DNA from: a bacterium
Lineage (GTDB): Bacteria > Sysuimicrobiota > Sysuimicrobiia > Sysuimicrobiales > Humicultoraceae
Direction: 5' to 3'
Assembly (NCBI GenBank): GCA_041497675.1
Contig: JBGQGY010000018.1
Span: 1-40,713 of the forward strand
DNA length: 40,713 nucleotides
The notes under the pieces are model-generated. The model did no database searches and was not told the origin of the DNA. It saw nothing but the letters and a program-made list of their open reading frames with translations. Within the stretch, counting starts at the first letter, position 1, and every line of letters starts with the position of its first letter. Shown one piece after another: positions 1 through 10,247 of the stretch. The position numbers and the translations under genes were made by a program.

Positions 1-137
1 ACGGGCTCGACGCCAATGACCGTGAGATCTTCCTCGCGGAATATGCGCGGCGTCTGCGCGTAGCATACCCGGCCAGAGCCGACGGAAGCACCATCTATCC
101 ATTCCGCCGCCTGTTCATCGTCGCAACGGTCAAATAG
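1..137 (+). CDS. tam: trans-aconitate 2-methyltransferase, C-terminal fragment (gene starts before the window)
   Basis: Frame from base 3 reads [44 protein letters not shown], with TAG at 135-137. The YP...G...PFRRLFIVA ending is typical of Tam. Not in the ORF track. Confidence 0.8.
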   Translation, partial: GLDANDREIFLAEYARRLRVAYPARADGSTIYPFRRLFIVATVK

Positions 138-164
138 TGTGCCATTCCCTGGGAGGGAACCGCG

Positions 165-536
165 ATGAGGAGAACGCACCTGAGCCTGTATTATCTGGTC
201 GGCTACTTGATCCCCGCCGGGATCGCGCTGATCGCCGCGCCCCAACTGGCCCTGAAACTGCTCCTCTCCAATGGCGCCTACGGCGATGTGTTGCCACGAT
301 TGCTGGGAGTGGTCCTGCTGGCGCTCGGCATCTTTGTGCTGCAGACCATTCGCCTGCGCCTGGACGCCCTCTATAGCACGACGCTGTTCGCGCGCGCCGT
401 GATCCTCGCATGCTTGCTCGGTCTGTATGTCTACGCCCGTGATCCGCTGTTTCTGGTCCTCCTCGCGGTCGTCGGGTTCGGTTTCGTGCTGACTGGAACG
501 AGTTATCTACTGGATCGGCGAACCAGCCACCGCTAG
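165..536 (+). CDS. small integral membrane protein (about 4 TM helices), function unknown
   Basis: 123 aa with four hydrophobic stretches; GGGAGGG RBS upstream of the ATG. Confidence 0.75.
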   Translation: MRRTHLSLYYLVGYLIPAGIALIAAPQLALKLLLSNGAYGDVLPRLLGVVLLALGIFVLQTIRLRLDALYSTTLFARAVILACLLGLYVYARDPLFLVLLAVVGFGFVLTGTSYLLDRRTSHR

Positions 537-578
537 CCGAGGCGGGATGCTGCGTGTCGTCATCGAATATGCCGAGTT

Positions 579-1676
579 ATGAAGGCCGCCGTCTGCTACG
601 AATACGGCAGACCGCTCGTCATTGAAGACGTCACGCTCGATCCGCCACAGGCGGGCGAGGTGAGAGTTCAGATCGCCGCAACCGGCATCTGCCACAGCGA
701 CCTGCACCTGATATCGGGTGAATGGGGTGGCCAGACACCCGTCGTTGCCGGCCACGAATCATCTGGAGTCGTGTTGGAGCTCGGACCCGGCGTCACACGG
801 TTCAAGCCGACCGATCGCGTGCTCGTCACCCTGATTCGCTCTTGCGGGCGCTGTTTCTACTGTCTCGCCGGCCACCCGCAGCGGTGCGAGACGATCTGGC
901 CGCTCGACCGCGAGAGCCGCCTCCACAACAGGGATGGTGTCGCGCTGCGCCACGGTCTGCGTACCGCCTCGTTTGCCGAAGAAGTCGTCGTCGACGAGTC
1001 GCAGCTTGTTCGGTTGCCCGACGATGTCCCCATGGACGTGGCGGCGCTGCTGGCCTGCGGCGTGATCACGGGGGCCGGCGCGGTCCTCAATACTGCCCAG
1101 GTCAAGGCCGGAAGCAGCGTCGTCGTGATCGGCACCGGGGGTGTCGGGCTCAACTCGGTGCAGGCGGCCCGGCTGGCAGGCGCGCACCCGATCATCGCCG
1201 TTGACGTGTTGGACGGCAAGCTCGCGCTGGCGCAGAAGTTTGGCGCCACCCACGGTCTCAACGCAACCACGCAGGATGCTGTCGCCCTCGTCAAGGAACT
1301 GACGGCCGGTCGCGGGGCGGATTACGTCTTTGTCACGGTCGGTCACGCCAAGGCCGCGGAGCAGGGCTTTGCCATGTTGCGCTCGCGTGGGCTCATGGTC
1401 ATCGTCGGGATTCCCGAATTGGGTGCGACGGCCGCTCTTTCGGTCATGGGCTTCGTGCAAGAGCGGATGGTCACCGGTAGCACAATGGGCTCGACGCGCC
1501 TTGATGTTGATGTGCCACGCCTGATCGCTCTCTACCGGAACAAGCAACTCATGCTCGACGAACTGATCACGGCGCGCCTGCCGCTCGAGCGCATCAACGA
1601 CGCTATTCAAGACACGCACGGTGGCACCGCGGTGAGGAACGTCATCCTCTTCGCGAAGGCTGGGCGAGCTCGATGA
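579..1676 (+). CDS. Zn-dependent alcohol dehydrogenase (class III/formaldehyde dehydrogenase-like MDR)
   Basis: CHSD and GHE catalytic-Zn motifs, CGRCFYC...C structural Zn site, LACGVITG, GTGGVG Rossmann motif. Confidence 0.93.
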   Translation: MKAAVCYEYGRPLVIEDVTLDPPQAGEVRVQIAATGICHSDLHLISGEWGGQTPVVAGHESSGVVLELGPGVTRFKPTDRVLVTLIRSCGRCFYCLAGHPQRCETIWPLDRESRLHNRDGVALRHGLRTASFAEEVVVDESQLVRLPDDVPMDVAALLACGVITGAGAVLNTAQVKAGSSVVVIGTGGVGLNSVQAARLAGAHPIIAVDVLDGKLALAQKFGATHGLNATTQDAVALVKELTAGRGADYVFVTVGHAKAAEQGFAMLRSRGLMVIVGIPELGATAALSVMGFVQERMVTGSTMGSTRLDVDVPRLIALYRNKQLMLDELITARLPLERINDAIQDTHGGTAVRNVILFAKAGRAR

Positions 1677-2689
1677 TGCTCCCGCAGACTATGCGCGCGC
1701 TTGAGCTGCGGGCTTATGACGGTCGCCCCGAGAGCCTGGCGTTGATCCAGAAACCTGTGCCTCATCCTGGCCCCGGCGAAGTGCTGGTCCAGATCGCCGC
1801 TTCGCCCATCAACCCTTCTGACGTCGCTTCGATGCGCGGATTCTATTCGGCGCGCAAGCCGTTGCCGGTCGTACCGGGCCTCGAAGCCAGTGGTGTCATC
1901 GTCGCCGCAGGGCCAGGCCTCTTCCCGCGCCTTCTGCTGGGAAGACGCGTCGCGTGCTACGCGGGAGCAGGCGACGGCGCGTGGGCTGAGTACATGGCGA
2001 CACCGGCGATGCACTGCATGCCGCTGCCCAAAACCGTCACTCTGGACCAGGGATCGATGGCCATCGTAAATCCTCTCACGGCATGGTGTCTCCTGGAGAT
2101 CGCACGCCGAGGGAAGCATATCACCGTGGTGCACACGGCCGCGGCAAGCGCGCTTGGCAAAATGATCGCCCGACTCGCCCAAAGACGCCGTGTCGAAGTC
2201 ATCCACATCGTGCGAAAACCGGCGCAGGTCGAGATCCTGCGAACGCTAGGCGCCCATGCTGACATGGTCCTTGACAGCAGTGCGCCGGATTTTGAAGGGC
2301 GATTGGCCGATGTCTGTCGCCGCCGGCGGGCCACGTTAGCTTTTGACGCCGTCGCGGGTGACATGACCGGACGGTTGCTCGACGCGATGCCGGCACACAG
2401 CAAAGTCATCGTCTATGGCGGGCTCTCACAGAACGAGTGCCGTGTGGACGCGAGACGCTTGATCTTCGAAGGCAAGCGAGTCGAGGGATTTTGGTTAGCG
2501 CACCCCGCCCCGCTCTCCAGGATCGATTTCTTCCGCGCAATCGCTGCGGTCCGATCACGACTCCACGACGAGTACAAGACAGACGTGCGCCGGCGCGTGC
2601 CCTTGGAGGCCGCCACTCCCGGTTTGGAGGACTACCTCGCGCACATGAGCGAAGGTAAAGTGCTACTTGTGCCTTCCGCAGCGTCATGA
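1673..2689 (+). CDS. Zn-independent MDR-family oxidoreductase (quinone/enoyl reductase-like)
   Basis: SPINPSD, PGLEASG, VNPLTA, TAAASALG, VYGGLS motifs; ATGA overlap with the upstream ADH. Confidence 0.88.
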   Translation: MMLPQTMRALELRAYDGRPESLALIQKPVPHPGPGEVLVQIAASPINPSDVASMRGFYSARKPLPVVPGLEASGVIVAAGPGLFPRLLLGRRVACYAGAGDGAWAEYMATPAMHCMPLPKTVTLDQGSMAIVNPLTAWCLLEIARRGKHITVVHTAAASALGKMIARLAQRRRVEVIHIVRKPAQVEILRTLGAHADMVLDSSAPDFEGRLADVCRRRRATLAFDAVAGDMTGRLLDAMPAHSKVIVYGGLSQNECRVDARRLIFEGKRVEGFWLAHPAPLSRIDFFRAIAAVRSRLHDEYKTDVRRRVPLEAATPGLEDYLAHMSEGKVLLVPSAAS

Positions 2690-2803
2690 AACTTCTGGAG
2701 TTCACGCCACGCGTGTAATTTTCACCGGACCTCCCCGAACCCTCCGGACGGTCTACAGCAGGTTTACGTGGGGCACAAAACTGGTGCAGGACCGCCTGCC
2801 TCG

Positions 2804-5224
2804 ATGGGGCCGGTTGTTAGCGGAGGACTCGCGATCCCTACACCGCTGCAAGTCCTGATCGTCGATGATCGCCAGGCCGACGCCGAGCTCATGCTCCGCG
2901 AGCTCAGGCAGGCGGGCTTTGATCCGCGGTGGCATCGGGTGGAGACGGAGAACGAATTTCTCACGCATCTCGAATACCGGCCAGATGTCATTCTGGCAGA
3001 CCACAATCTTTCACAATTCGATGGCCTGCGCGCCCTGGAACTCTTGCGGAAACGGGGCGTTGACATCCCTTTCATCTTGGTCTCTGGCTCGGTTGGAGAA
3101 GACCTCGCGGTATCCGCGGTCAAAGGTGGGGCCGCGGACTACCTGCTGAAGGATCGCATGGCACGCCTGGGGGCGGCGGTTACCCACGCGCTGGAGGAGC
3201 GGCGTCTCCGCAATGACGAGGGAGAGATCATCCGGCTTCTCCGGGTCAGCGAGAAGCGCTTCAGGGCGCTCATCGAGAATTCCCTCGACGGAATCATGCT
3301 GCTCGCGGAGGACGGAACCATCCTGTACGAGAGCCCCGCCGGCGGTCGCATCCTCGGGTACTCTCCCAGCGAGAGAATCGGGAGGCCGAGCTCTCTCCTG
3401 GAGGGTCGGGTCCATCCGGACGACAGAGATCGTTTGGCGACACTGTTCACCCGTCTGGTCGAATCACCTGGGATGAGCTTTACGTCCGTGCATCGCATTC
3501 GACACCTGGACGGATCGTATCGGTGGATCGAGGCCGTATGGAAGAATCTCTTGTCTGAACCCAGCGTCGGGGCGATCGTCAGCAACTATCGGGACATCAC
3601 CGAGCGCAAGGAAAACGAAGAAGAGATCCTGCGGCTGAACGCCGACCTCGAGCGCCGCGTCGCCGAGCGAACGGAGGAACTGCGCCAGGCCAAGGGCTTC
3701 CTGGAAACTCTGGTCGCCATGAGCCCGTCCATGATTTTCAGGATCCGAATGGCCGACAACGTGGTGACGTATGTCAGCCCAAACATAGAACGGCTCTTGG
3801 GCATTCTCCCTGAAGATGCCATTGGCATCCCGGACTTCTGGACCAGTCGCATCCACCCCGACGACCGTGCCCCGATGCTGGCGCTTATTGCTGGGGCGCT
3901 TGAGCAGCACAAACCGATGATCGATTCCGAGTGCCGTGTTCTACACAAAGACGGCAGCTACCGCTGGCTCTACTCGGTCATCCGGTTCGACGCAGACGGA
4001 CCGGATGCCCCGCACGCCTTCCACGGCTACGTGCAGGACATCACAGCGCGTAAGGCGATTGAGGAAGAAGTGCGAAGCGCGCGCGGGGAGGCCGAACGCG
4101 CCAGCCAGGCAAAGAGCGAGTTCCTCTCCAGGATGAGCCATGAGCTCAGGACCCCGCTAAATGCCATCCTGGGATTCGCCCAGCTTCTCGAGATGGACAC
4201 CCTCGACCCGGGGCAGCAGGAGTCTGTGGACCACATCCTCAAGGGTGGCAGGCACCTCCTCGAGCTCATCAACGAAGTCTTGGATATCTCGCGGATCGAG
4301 TCCGGGCGGATGACGCTTTCCCTCGAACCGGTGCTTCTGAAAGAAATTCTGGACGAAACCGCGAGCTTGATGCGGCCGCTCGCCGCTGATCGGAAGATCA
4401 AGGTGGCGTCCGCGCCGGAGGCCCGGTGGCACGTCATGGCGGACCGCAACCGGCTCAGACAGGTGTTGTTGAACCTGCTCTCCAACGCGGTGAAGTACAA
4501 CCGGGAGGGCGGTCTTGTCACCGTCTCCTGTGAGTCCCCGGCCGACGGGCGGGTGCGCATCAATGTCAGGGACACCGGGCCCGGGATCCCTCAGGAAAAG
4601 ATGGCCCGTCTGTTTGTGCCCTTCGACCGGCTGGGGGCCGGGCACTCAGCCACGGAGGGTACGGGGATCGGCCTCGCATTGTCCAAGGGTCTTGTCCATC
4701 TCATGGGCGGGGAAATCGGCGTCGAGAGCACGGTCGACAAGGGAAGCATCTTTTGGGTCAGCCTCCAACTGGCAGAAGACCCGGCGATGGCTGTCCAATT
4801 GGTTCCCGACGCGCCGTCGGCCGTCGCCGCTGCCACCATCCCGCAGCAGTCTCGAACCGTGCTGTATATCGAAGATAATCTGTCGAACCTCCAGTTGCTG
4901 CAGCGCATCCTCGCGACCCGCCCGGGCATCAAACTGGTCGAAGCGATGCAGGGTCGCCTGGGTCTTGACCTTGCGCGCGAACATCATCCCGATCTCATCC
5001 TGCTCGACCTCCACCTGCCGGACCTCAGCGGTGAAGAAGCGCTGCTGAGACTGCAGGCCGAGCCAGAAACCAGTCAGATCCCCGTCGTCGTGATCAGCGC
5101 CGACGCGACTCGGGATCGGGCCGCCCGGCTGCTGGCCAGCGGCGCCCGCGCCTACGTGACCAAGCCGCTCGACGTCCGGGAGTTTCTCGGTATTCTCGAC
5201 GATCTGCTGGGAAGGAAACGCTGA
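2804..5224 (+). CDS. cytoplasmic hybrid sensor histidine kinase (REC-PAS-PAS-HisKA-HATPase-REC)
   Basis: N-terminal receiver (LIVDD, ILAD), two PAS/PAC domains (HPDD, DITERK/DITARK), H-box FLSRMSHELRTPLNAI, NLLSNAVKY, DTGPGI, GTGIGL, C-terminal receiver (IEDN, LLDLHLPD, TKP). Start uncertain (2768 GTG or 2804 ATG). Confidence 0.95.
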   Translation: MGPVVSGGLAIPTPLQVLIVDDRQADAELMLRELRQAGFDPRWHRVETENEFLTHLEYRPDVILADHNLSQFDGLRALELLRKRGVDIPFILVSGSVGEDLAVSAVKGGAADYLLKDRMARLGAAVTHALEERRLRNDEGEIIRLLRVSEKRFRALIENSLDGIMLLAEDGTILYESPAGGRILGYSPSERIGRPSSLLEGRVHPDDRDRLATLFTRLVESPGMSFTSVHRIRHLDGSYRWIEAVWKNLLSEPSVGAIVSNYRDITERKENEEEILRLNADLERRVAERTEELRQAKGFLETLVAMSPSMIFRIRMADNVVTYVSPNIERLLGILPEDAIGIPDFWTSRIHPDDRAPMLALIAGALEQHKPMIDSECRVLHKDGSYRWLYSVIRFDADGPDAPHAFHGYVQDITARKAIEEEVRSARGEAERASQAKSEFLSRMSHELRTPLNAILGFAQLLEMDTLDPGQQESVDHILKGGRHLLELINEVLDISRIESGRMTLSLEPVLLKEILDETASLMRPLAADRKIKVASAPEARWHVMADRNRLRQVLLNLLSNAVKYNREGGLVTVSCESPADGRVRINVRDTGPGIPQEKMARLFVPFDRLGAGHSATEGTGIGLALSKGLVHLMGGEIGVESTVDKGSIFWVSLQLAEDPAMAVQLVPDAPSAVAAATIPQQSRTVLYIEDNLSNLQLLQRILATRPGIKLVEAMQGRLGLDLAREHHPDLILLDLHLPDLSGEEALLRLQAEPETSQIPVVVISADATRDRAARLLASGARAYVTKPLDVREFLGILDDLLGRKR

Positions 5225-5227
5225 GCC

Positions 5228-6337
5228 ATGCAGGGCGACGACCTGAAGCGCGCCTGCATCCTGATCGTTGATGACGAGCCGGTCAATGTCCGGCTGCTCG
5301 AACGCATCCTTCAGCAGGCCGGTTACGTGAATCTCGTGCCCTCACTCGACCCGACCATGGTGGCGGCACTCTATGCGGAACACCAGCCCGACCTGATCCT
5401 CCTCGACCTCCACATGCCTCGCATGGACGGGTTTGCGGTCATGGAGCATCTCGCCCCACGCATCCCAGAGGGGACCTACCTTCCGATTCTCGTCCTCACC
5501 GCAGACGTCACCCAACAGGCGAAGGAACGGGCCCTCGCCGGCGGCGCGAAGGACTTTCTGACGAAACCCTTTGATGCCACGGAAGTCGTGCTGCGGATCG
5601 AGAATCTGTTGGAGACTCGACGGCTGCACCTGCGTCTTCACGAACACAACCTGACGCTGGAAGAGAAGGTTCACGACCGCACGCAAGAACTCGAAGCGAC
5701 GAAGCTCGAAATCCTCGAGCGCCTGGCACGGGCGGCGGAGTTTCGCGACGACGAGACGGGGCAGCATACGCGGAGGGTCGGCGAGGCGGCCGGCGTTCTG
5801 GCGACGGTCGTAGGTCTGGATGCGACGCAAGTGGAACTGGTCCGCCGCGCCGCGCCTTTGCATGACGTGGGGAAGATCGGCATCCCCGACGGCATTCTGC
5901 TCAAACCGGGTAGCCTCACTCCTGAAGAGTTCGAGATCATGAAGACCCACACGACGATCGGGGCGGAGATCCTCTCCGGCAGCCGCTTCCCCCTGATGGG
6001 GCTGGCGGCGCACATCGCCCTCTGTCATCACGAGCGCATGGACGGGACCGGCTATCCACGGGGACTTCGCGGGGAGGAGATCCCGTTGCCCAGCCGGATC
6101 GTGTCGGTGGCGGATGCGTTCGACACCATCACGCACGACCGCCCCTACCGCAAGGCCCTCTCCACTACCAAAGCCTGGGAGATCCTGTGGGCAGGCGCGG
6201 GCACGCAATGGGACAAGTCCGTGATCGACGCCCTGGCCTCCCTTGGGCCCGATGGGCTCAAGGAGGCGATCCACGAACCGCGCGCCCGCCGCTCGGCGCG
6301 CCGGGTCCAGTCTCCGGCCTATTCTGATCGCCGGTAA
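5228..6337 (+). CDS. REC-HD-GYP response regulator (RpfG-like cyclic di-GMP phosphodiesterase)
   Basis: Receiver (IVDDE, LDLHMPRMDG, KPF), then LHDVGKIGIP, HHERMDGTGYP and RPYRK; starts 3 nt after the kinase stop. Confidence 0.94.
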   Translation: MQGDDLKRACILIVDDEPVNVRLLERILQQAGYVNLVPSLDPTMVAALYAEHQPDLILLDLHMPRMDGFAVMEHLAPRIPEGTYLPILVLTADVTQQAKERALAGGAKDFLTKPFDATEVVLRIENLLETRRLHLRLHEHNLTLEEKVHDRTQELEATKLEILERLARAAEFRDDETGQHTRRVGEAAGVLATVVGLDATQVELVRRAAPLHDVGKIGIPDGILLKPGSLTPEEFEIMKTHTTIGAEILSGSRFPLMGLAAHIALCHHERMDGTGYPRGLRGEEIPLPSRIVSVADAFDTITHDRPYRKALSTTKAWEILWAGAGTQWDKSVIDALASLGPDGLKEAIHEPRARRSARRVQSPAYSDRR

Positions 6338-6960
6338 TCGGCCGACCCGCGTACCCACATCATGGCGCCGGCCAGCGCCGCCTCGTAATCGTGGGTGGTC
6401 GTCCCGTACGGCTGGTGGAGCGGGCCGAACGTCACCGACACGCGCGCCAGGCGGATCATGCGCGCACCCATCGGAAAGACGCGATCTGACCCCACGATCG
6501 CGGCCGGCACAAACGCCACGCGCGCGTGCGCGGCCACGACCGCGGCGCCGCGTTGCGGGGGCGCCGGCTCGGGGCTGATCCGGCCCTCGGGAAAGATCAC
6601 CACCTTCCGGCCGTCCTGCAGCGCGCGCACCGAGTCCTTGATCGCGGAGAGATCGGCTTCGCCGCGGTGAACCGGGATGCACCCGTAGGTTCGCATGACC
6701 CAGCCGACAAACGGTATCTTGAGGTACTCGGCAGCACCGACCATCAGCACCCGCTCGGGCACCGCCGCAGCCATGAACAACGGGTCGAGCGCGCTCAGGT
6801 GGTTGGCGACGATGACCACCGGGCCCGTCGGATACCGATCCAACCCCTCGACGCGAAAGCGGAAGAGCAGTTTGAGCAGCGGCACGACAATGATGCGGGC
6901 CAGGCGGTACAACGGGGTTTCTCGCGGCCAGTCGCGCCGCCCGACGCTAGCTCTCCCCAT
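6319..6960 (-). CDS. plsC: 1-acyl-sn-glycerol-3-phosphate acyltransferase (lysophospholipid acyltransferase family)
   Basis: NHLSALD (NHxxxxD) and IFPEG motifs. Confidence 0.88.
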   Translation of the reverse strand: MGRASVGRRDWPRETPLYRLARIIVVPLLKLLFRFRVEGLDRYPTGPVVIVANHLSALDPLFMAAAVPERVLMVGAAEYLKIPFVGWVMRTYGCIPVHRGEADLSAIKDSVRALQDGRKVVIFPEGRISPEPAPPQRGAAVVAAHARVAFVPAAIVGSDRVFPMGARMIRLARVSVTFGPLHQPYGTTTHDYEAALAGAMMWVRGSADYRRSE

Positions 6961-7897
6961 GCCCGCCAGCGGACGGCTCGCGTCGCGACCGAATCGCGGT
7001 GCGCCCGGCGCGGACGGCGTGCCGGCCCACGTGCAATGTCCGCCGCATCGCCCATCCCAAGGGACCGAACACCGTTTGCACGATCCCCGAGAGTCCGGAC
7101 ATCACCACGCGAATCCACCGCAGGTGGCGGCCGAGGGCCTGCAGCCAGGGGAGCCGGGCGTACATGATGGTCACCACGATGATGCTGAAGGAAATGACAA
7201 ATTTCAGACCGTGGGAGATGTGCACGCCCAGCAGTTCCTCAGCAAACAACTCCAGCCCGATGGCCATGACCAGCAGATAGGCGGCCTCTTCCAGGATGGG
7301 TTCGCGCTCGATCAGTCTGGTGAAGACGCCCGCGGCAAACCGCATGGTCAGGATGCCGAGGAACACCCCCGTCAGCACCACCCACATCACGCGCGAGAGG
7401 GCGACGGCGGCGACCACGTTGTCCAGGCTGAAAGCCAGGTCGGCCAACTCGACGTTGAGGACGACCAGCCAAAAGGAGCGTGCGCCCGCCGGGACGGGTT
7501 CGGCGCCAATCCCTTCCTCTTCTCTGGCTTCGGCCGCGAAATGCGAGAACGCGAGGTAGATGAGATAGAACCCGCCGAGCAGCAGCAGCCACTGGTTGCG
7601 GACCACGTGTTCGGCGACAAAGAGCATGGCCCCGCGGCCGACATACGCGCCGACCAGCCCGGCCCGCAGCGCCGCGCCCTGCTGCGCGCCCAGAAGCCGA
7701 TGGGCCGGCTGTTGGAGGAAGCGCAGCGCGCCCGGCCACGGGATGGGGTCGTGTCGCGGCAGCTGTGAGACCATCGCCCCCAGCACCGCCGCGTTGTCGA
7801 TCGAGAGGATGCCCTCCAGATAGATCAGCTGGAGGACGATGATCGAGGCGGCCCAGACACCACCCCAGGACACGTGGGTCATCCAGTCAAACGGCAC
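6947..7897 (-). CDS. TerC family integral membrane protein
   Basis: LEGILSIDNAAV and ELADLAFSLDNVVAAVA motifs; multiple TM helices. Start could be the ATG at 7882. Confidence 0.9.
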   Translation of the reverse strand: MPFDWMTHVSWGGVWAASIIVLQLIYLEGILSIDNAAVLGAMVSQLPRHDPIPWPGALRFLQQPAHRLLGAQQGAALRAGLVGAYVGRGAMLFVAEHVVRNQWLLLLGGFYLIYLAFSHFAAEAREEEGIGAEPVPAGARSFWLVVLNVELADLAFSLDNVVAAVALSRVMWVVLTGVFLGILTMRFAAGVFTRLIEREPILEEAAYLLVMAIGLELFAEELLGVHISHGLKFVISFSIIVVTIMYARLPWLQALGRHLRWIRVVMSGLSGIVQTVFGPLGWAMRRTLHVGRHAVRAGRTAIRSRREPSAGGHGES

Positions 7898-7982
7898 GTC
7901 GGGTCACCGCAGAGGTTTTCGCAAACACCCCATCATCATATCGTGACCGAGGCCGGACGGTTAGACCCGGGCCGGCGTCCCT

Positions 7983-9008
7983 CTACGAGGGCGGTTTGTC
8001 GTTGACGATATCGCTTTCAAACGGAATTACGCCTGGGATGATCCACTTCTGCCACATCTGGTCGATCTTGTGCTGGAAGTACTCGAGATCGTCGTCGGTG
8101 AAGTGCGCGAAGCGGCCCTGCCGCAGCAGATACTCGCGCACGGGCTTGCGCCGACTCCGCTTCTCGGCGATGCCTCTGGTGCGGCCGTAGAGTTTCAAGT
8201 GATGGTTCTCGACCTCGTAGAGCGGCCAGATACCGCACTCGACCGCCAGCTCGCCGAGCTCGTGCGACTGGATCGGGTCGTAGTCCCACCCTTTCGGGCA
8301 GGGGTCGAGCGAGTGGATGTACGTCGGACCGCCGATCGTGAGCGCCTTGCGCACCCGGTTCATCATCTCCACGGCGTACGACGCGCAGACGGTGGCCACG
8401 TACTTGCACTCCGGGTGCCCGGCCGCCAGCATGCCGGCGACGTTCTTCTTCCACCGGTTATGGAGGATGCGCTTCACCTTGCCCGGCGGGCTGAACGTGG
8501 TGTGCGCGCCCCATGGGGTCATGCCCGAGAGCTGGATGTCCGTGTTGGCATACGACTCGTTGTCGTACATGAGGATGAGGAAATTGTAGCCGGTCTGCGT
8601 GAGCGCCGCCGAGATCGCCGACAGGCCCATGTCGGCGCCGCCGCCGTCACCGCAGAAGGCGATGACGTTGATCGCCTCGGATGGGATCTTCCCCTTTCGC
8701 ATCAGCACTTTGAGGGCGGCCGCGGTGCCAAGCCCCGCAGAGCCGCTGCTCCCCAACTGCGTGTGCATCCACGGGACGACCCACGACGTGCTGTAGTAGG
8801 TGGTATTCGCCACGTACATGCAGCCGGTGCTGCCGAGCACGATGGTCCGCGGGCCGGCGGCCTTGACCATCAGCTTCATCACGAGCGCCGACTCGCAGCC
8901 CTGACACGTGCGGTGCCCGGACGTGAAATACTCCTCGAGGGGGACCTTCTTGACCCCTTTAAATGGATCGAGGACTGGAACGGGATAGGTCTCGATCGCG
9001 TCTGCCAT
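7983..9008 (-). CDS. 2-oxoacid:ferredoxin oxidoreductase beta (TPP-binding) subunit, oxalate oxidoreductase-like
   Basis: GHRTCQGC, TGCMYVANT, GDGG...YDNESYANT TPP motif, PCPKGW; ATG at 9008 chosen over GTG at 9017. Confidence 0.93.
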   Translation of the reverse strand: MADAIETYPVPVLDPFKGVKKVPLEEYFTSGHRTCQGCESALVMKLMVKAAGPRTIVLGSTGCMYVANTTYYSTSWVVPWMHTQLGSSGSAGLGTAAALKVLMRKGKIPSEAINVIAFCGDGGGADMGLSAISAALTQTGYNFLILMYDNESYANTDIQLSGMTPWGAHTTFSPPGKVKRILHNRWKKNVAGMLAAGHPECKYVATVCASYAVEMMNRVRKALTIGGPTYIHSLDPCPKGWDYDPIQSHELGELAVECGIWPLYEVENHHLKLYGRTRGIAEKRSRRKPVREYLLRQGRFAHFTDDDLEYFQHKIDQMWQKWIIPGVIPFESDIVNDKPPS

Positions 9009-9023
9009 TGTCCCCACGCCCCC

Positions 9024-10247
9024 CTACTCTCGCAGCCCGATCCAATACGTGTCGGTGAGCCGCTCGCCCGATGCCGCGCGGAACGTCATCTCGGTCATCT
9101 CGCGTACGGCCGGCACAGTCACCTCGCGGCCGCCCAGGCCGCAGATGAACGAGACGACCGGCGGTCGCTTCTCCGCACCGTAGAGCGTGGTGCGGACTTC
9201 GTTGGCCACCACCCCGCTGTTGTACGGCGACCCAAACGAGTAGTCGCGGTCGATCACGCCGACGGCCTTGAACCGGCCGAGGGTCTTCTGCAACGCCTCG
9301 GCGGGGAACGGCCGGAACCAACGCAACCGCACGAACCCGACCTTCTTTCCTTCTTTACGCATCTTGCGGATGGCCACCTTCACGGGCATCGACATGGTCC
9401 CCATCCCAAAGAGCACGATGTCCGCGTCGTCGGTCTCGTACTCTTCGAAGAACGGGTTGCCGTACTTGCGCCCGAAGATCCGCTCGAGGTCAGCGTACGC
9501 CTCCTGGATGACCCCCGGCGCGCGGCGTATGGCGGCATCGTTCTGCTTGCGGATCTCCATGACCCAGTCCTCGTTGGCCTGCGGCGCGATGGTGATCGGG
9601 TTGTCGGGATGCAGGCGCAAATCGCCGCGGTCGTACGCCGGCAGGAACTCGCGCACCCGTTCCTGGGCCGGAATCTTGACCATCGACTGGGAATGTGTCA
9701 AAAACGCGCCGTCACAGCCGATGGCGCATGGCAGAAGGATGCGACGGTCCTCGGCGATACGCCAGGCCAGCAGTGCGGTGTCGAGGGCTTCCTGCGCCGT
9801 ATCGACCCAGACCAGCATCCAGCCCAGATCGCGCACCGCGAGCGCGTCGTTGTGCTCGACGCCAAACGCCCCGGGGTCGTCCAGGGCCCGGTTGCCGACC
9901 ATGGCCACCATCGGGATGCGCAGCGCAGGCGTCACCGTCAGCGCCTCAAACGCGTACATCCAGCCGACACCGCTGGAGCCCACAAAGACGCGCGCGCCCA
10001 CCGCCGAGGCGTGCTTGACGATCTCGAACTGTGAGTGCTCGCTCTCGGCCACGATATACTCGCAGTCTATCTCACCGTTGCTCAGCAGTTTCGCGACATA
10101 CTGCATCACCGTGTCGTACGGCCGGATCGGGTACGCGGTGATGACGTCGACGTCGGCGAGCTTGCAGGCGACCGCGATCGCTTCGCTGCCGCTGATCAGC
10201 TCTTCTTTGTCGGCCAGCGCGACTTCGGGTTCTCGAATCGTCGCCAT
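9024..10247 (-). CDS. 2-oxoacid:ferredoxin oxidoreductase alpha subunit, oxalate oxidoreductase-like
   Basis: YPIRP motif (YPITP in PFOR), ESEH, SSGVG, NRAL, RWFRPFP, GLGGRE. Confidence 0.93.
   Translation of the reverse strand: MATIREPEVALADKEELISGSEAIAVACKLADVDVITAYPIRPYDTVMQYVAKLLSNGEIDCEYIVAESEHSQFEIVKHASAVGARVFVGSSGVGWMYAFEALTVTPALRIPMVAMVGNRALDDPGAFGVEHNDALAVRDLGWMLVWVDTAQEALDTALLAWRIAEDRRILLPCAIGCDGAFLTHSQSMVKIPAQERVREFLPAYDRGDLRLHPDNPITIAPQANEDWVMEIRKQNDAAIRRAPGVIQEAYADLERIFGRKYGNPFFEEYETDDADIVLFGMGTMSMPVKVAIRKMRKEGKKVGFVRLRWFRPFPAEALQKTLGRFKAVGVIDRDYSFGSPYNSGVVANEVRTTLYGAEKRPPVVSFICGLGGREVTVPAVREMTEMTFRAASGERLTDTYWIGLRE

Noticed and set aside
7898..7982. yybP-ykoY (Mn) riboswitch upstream of the TerC gene
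   Set aside because: The gap is only 85 bp and I could not find the conserved GGGGAGUA-type core; only short generic hairpins.
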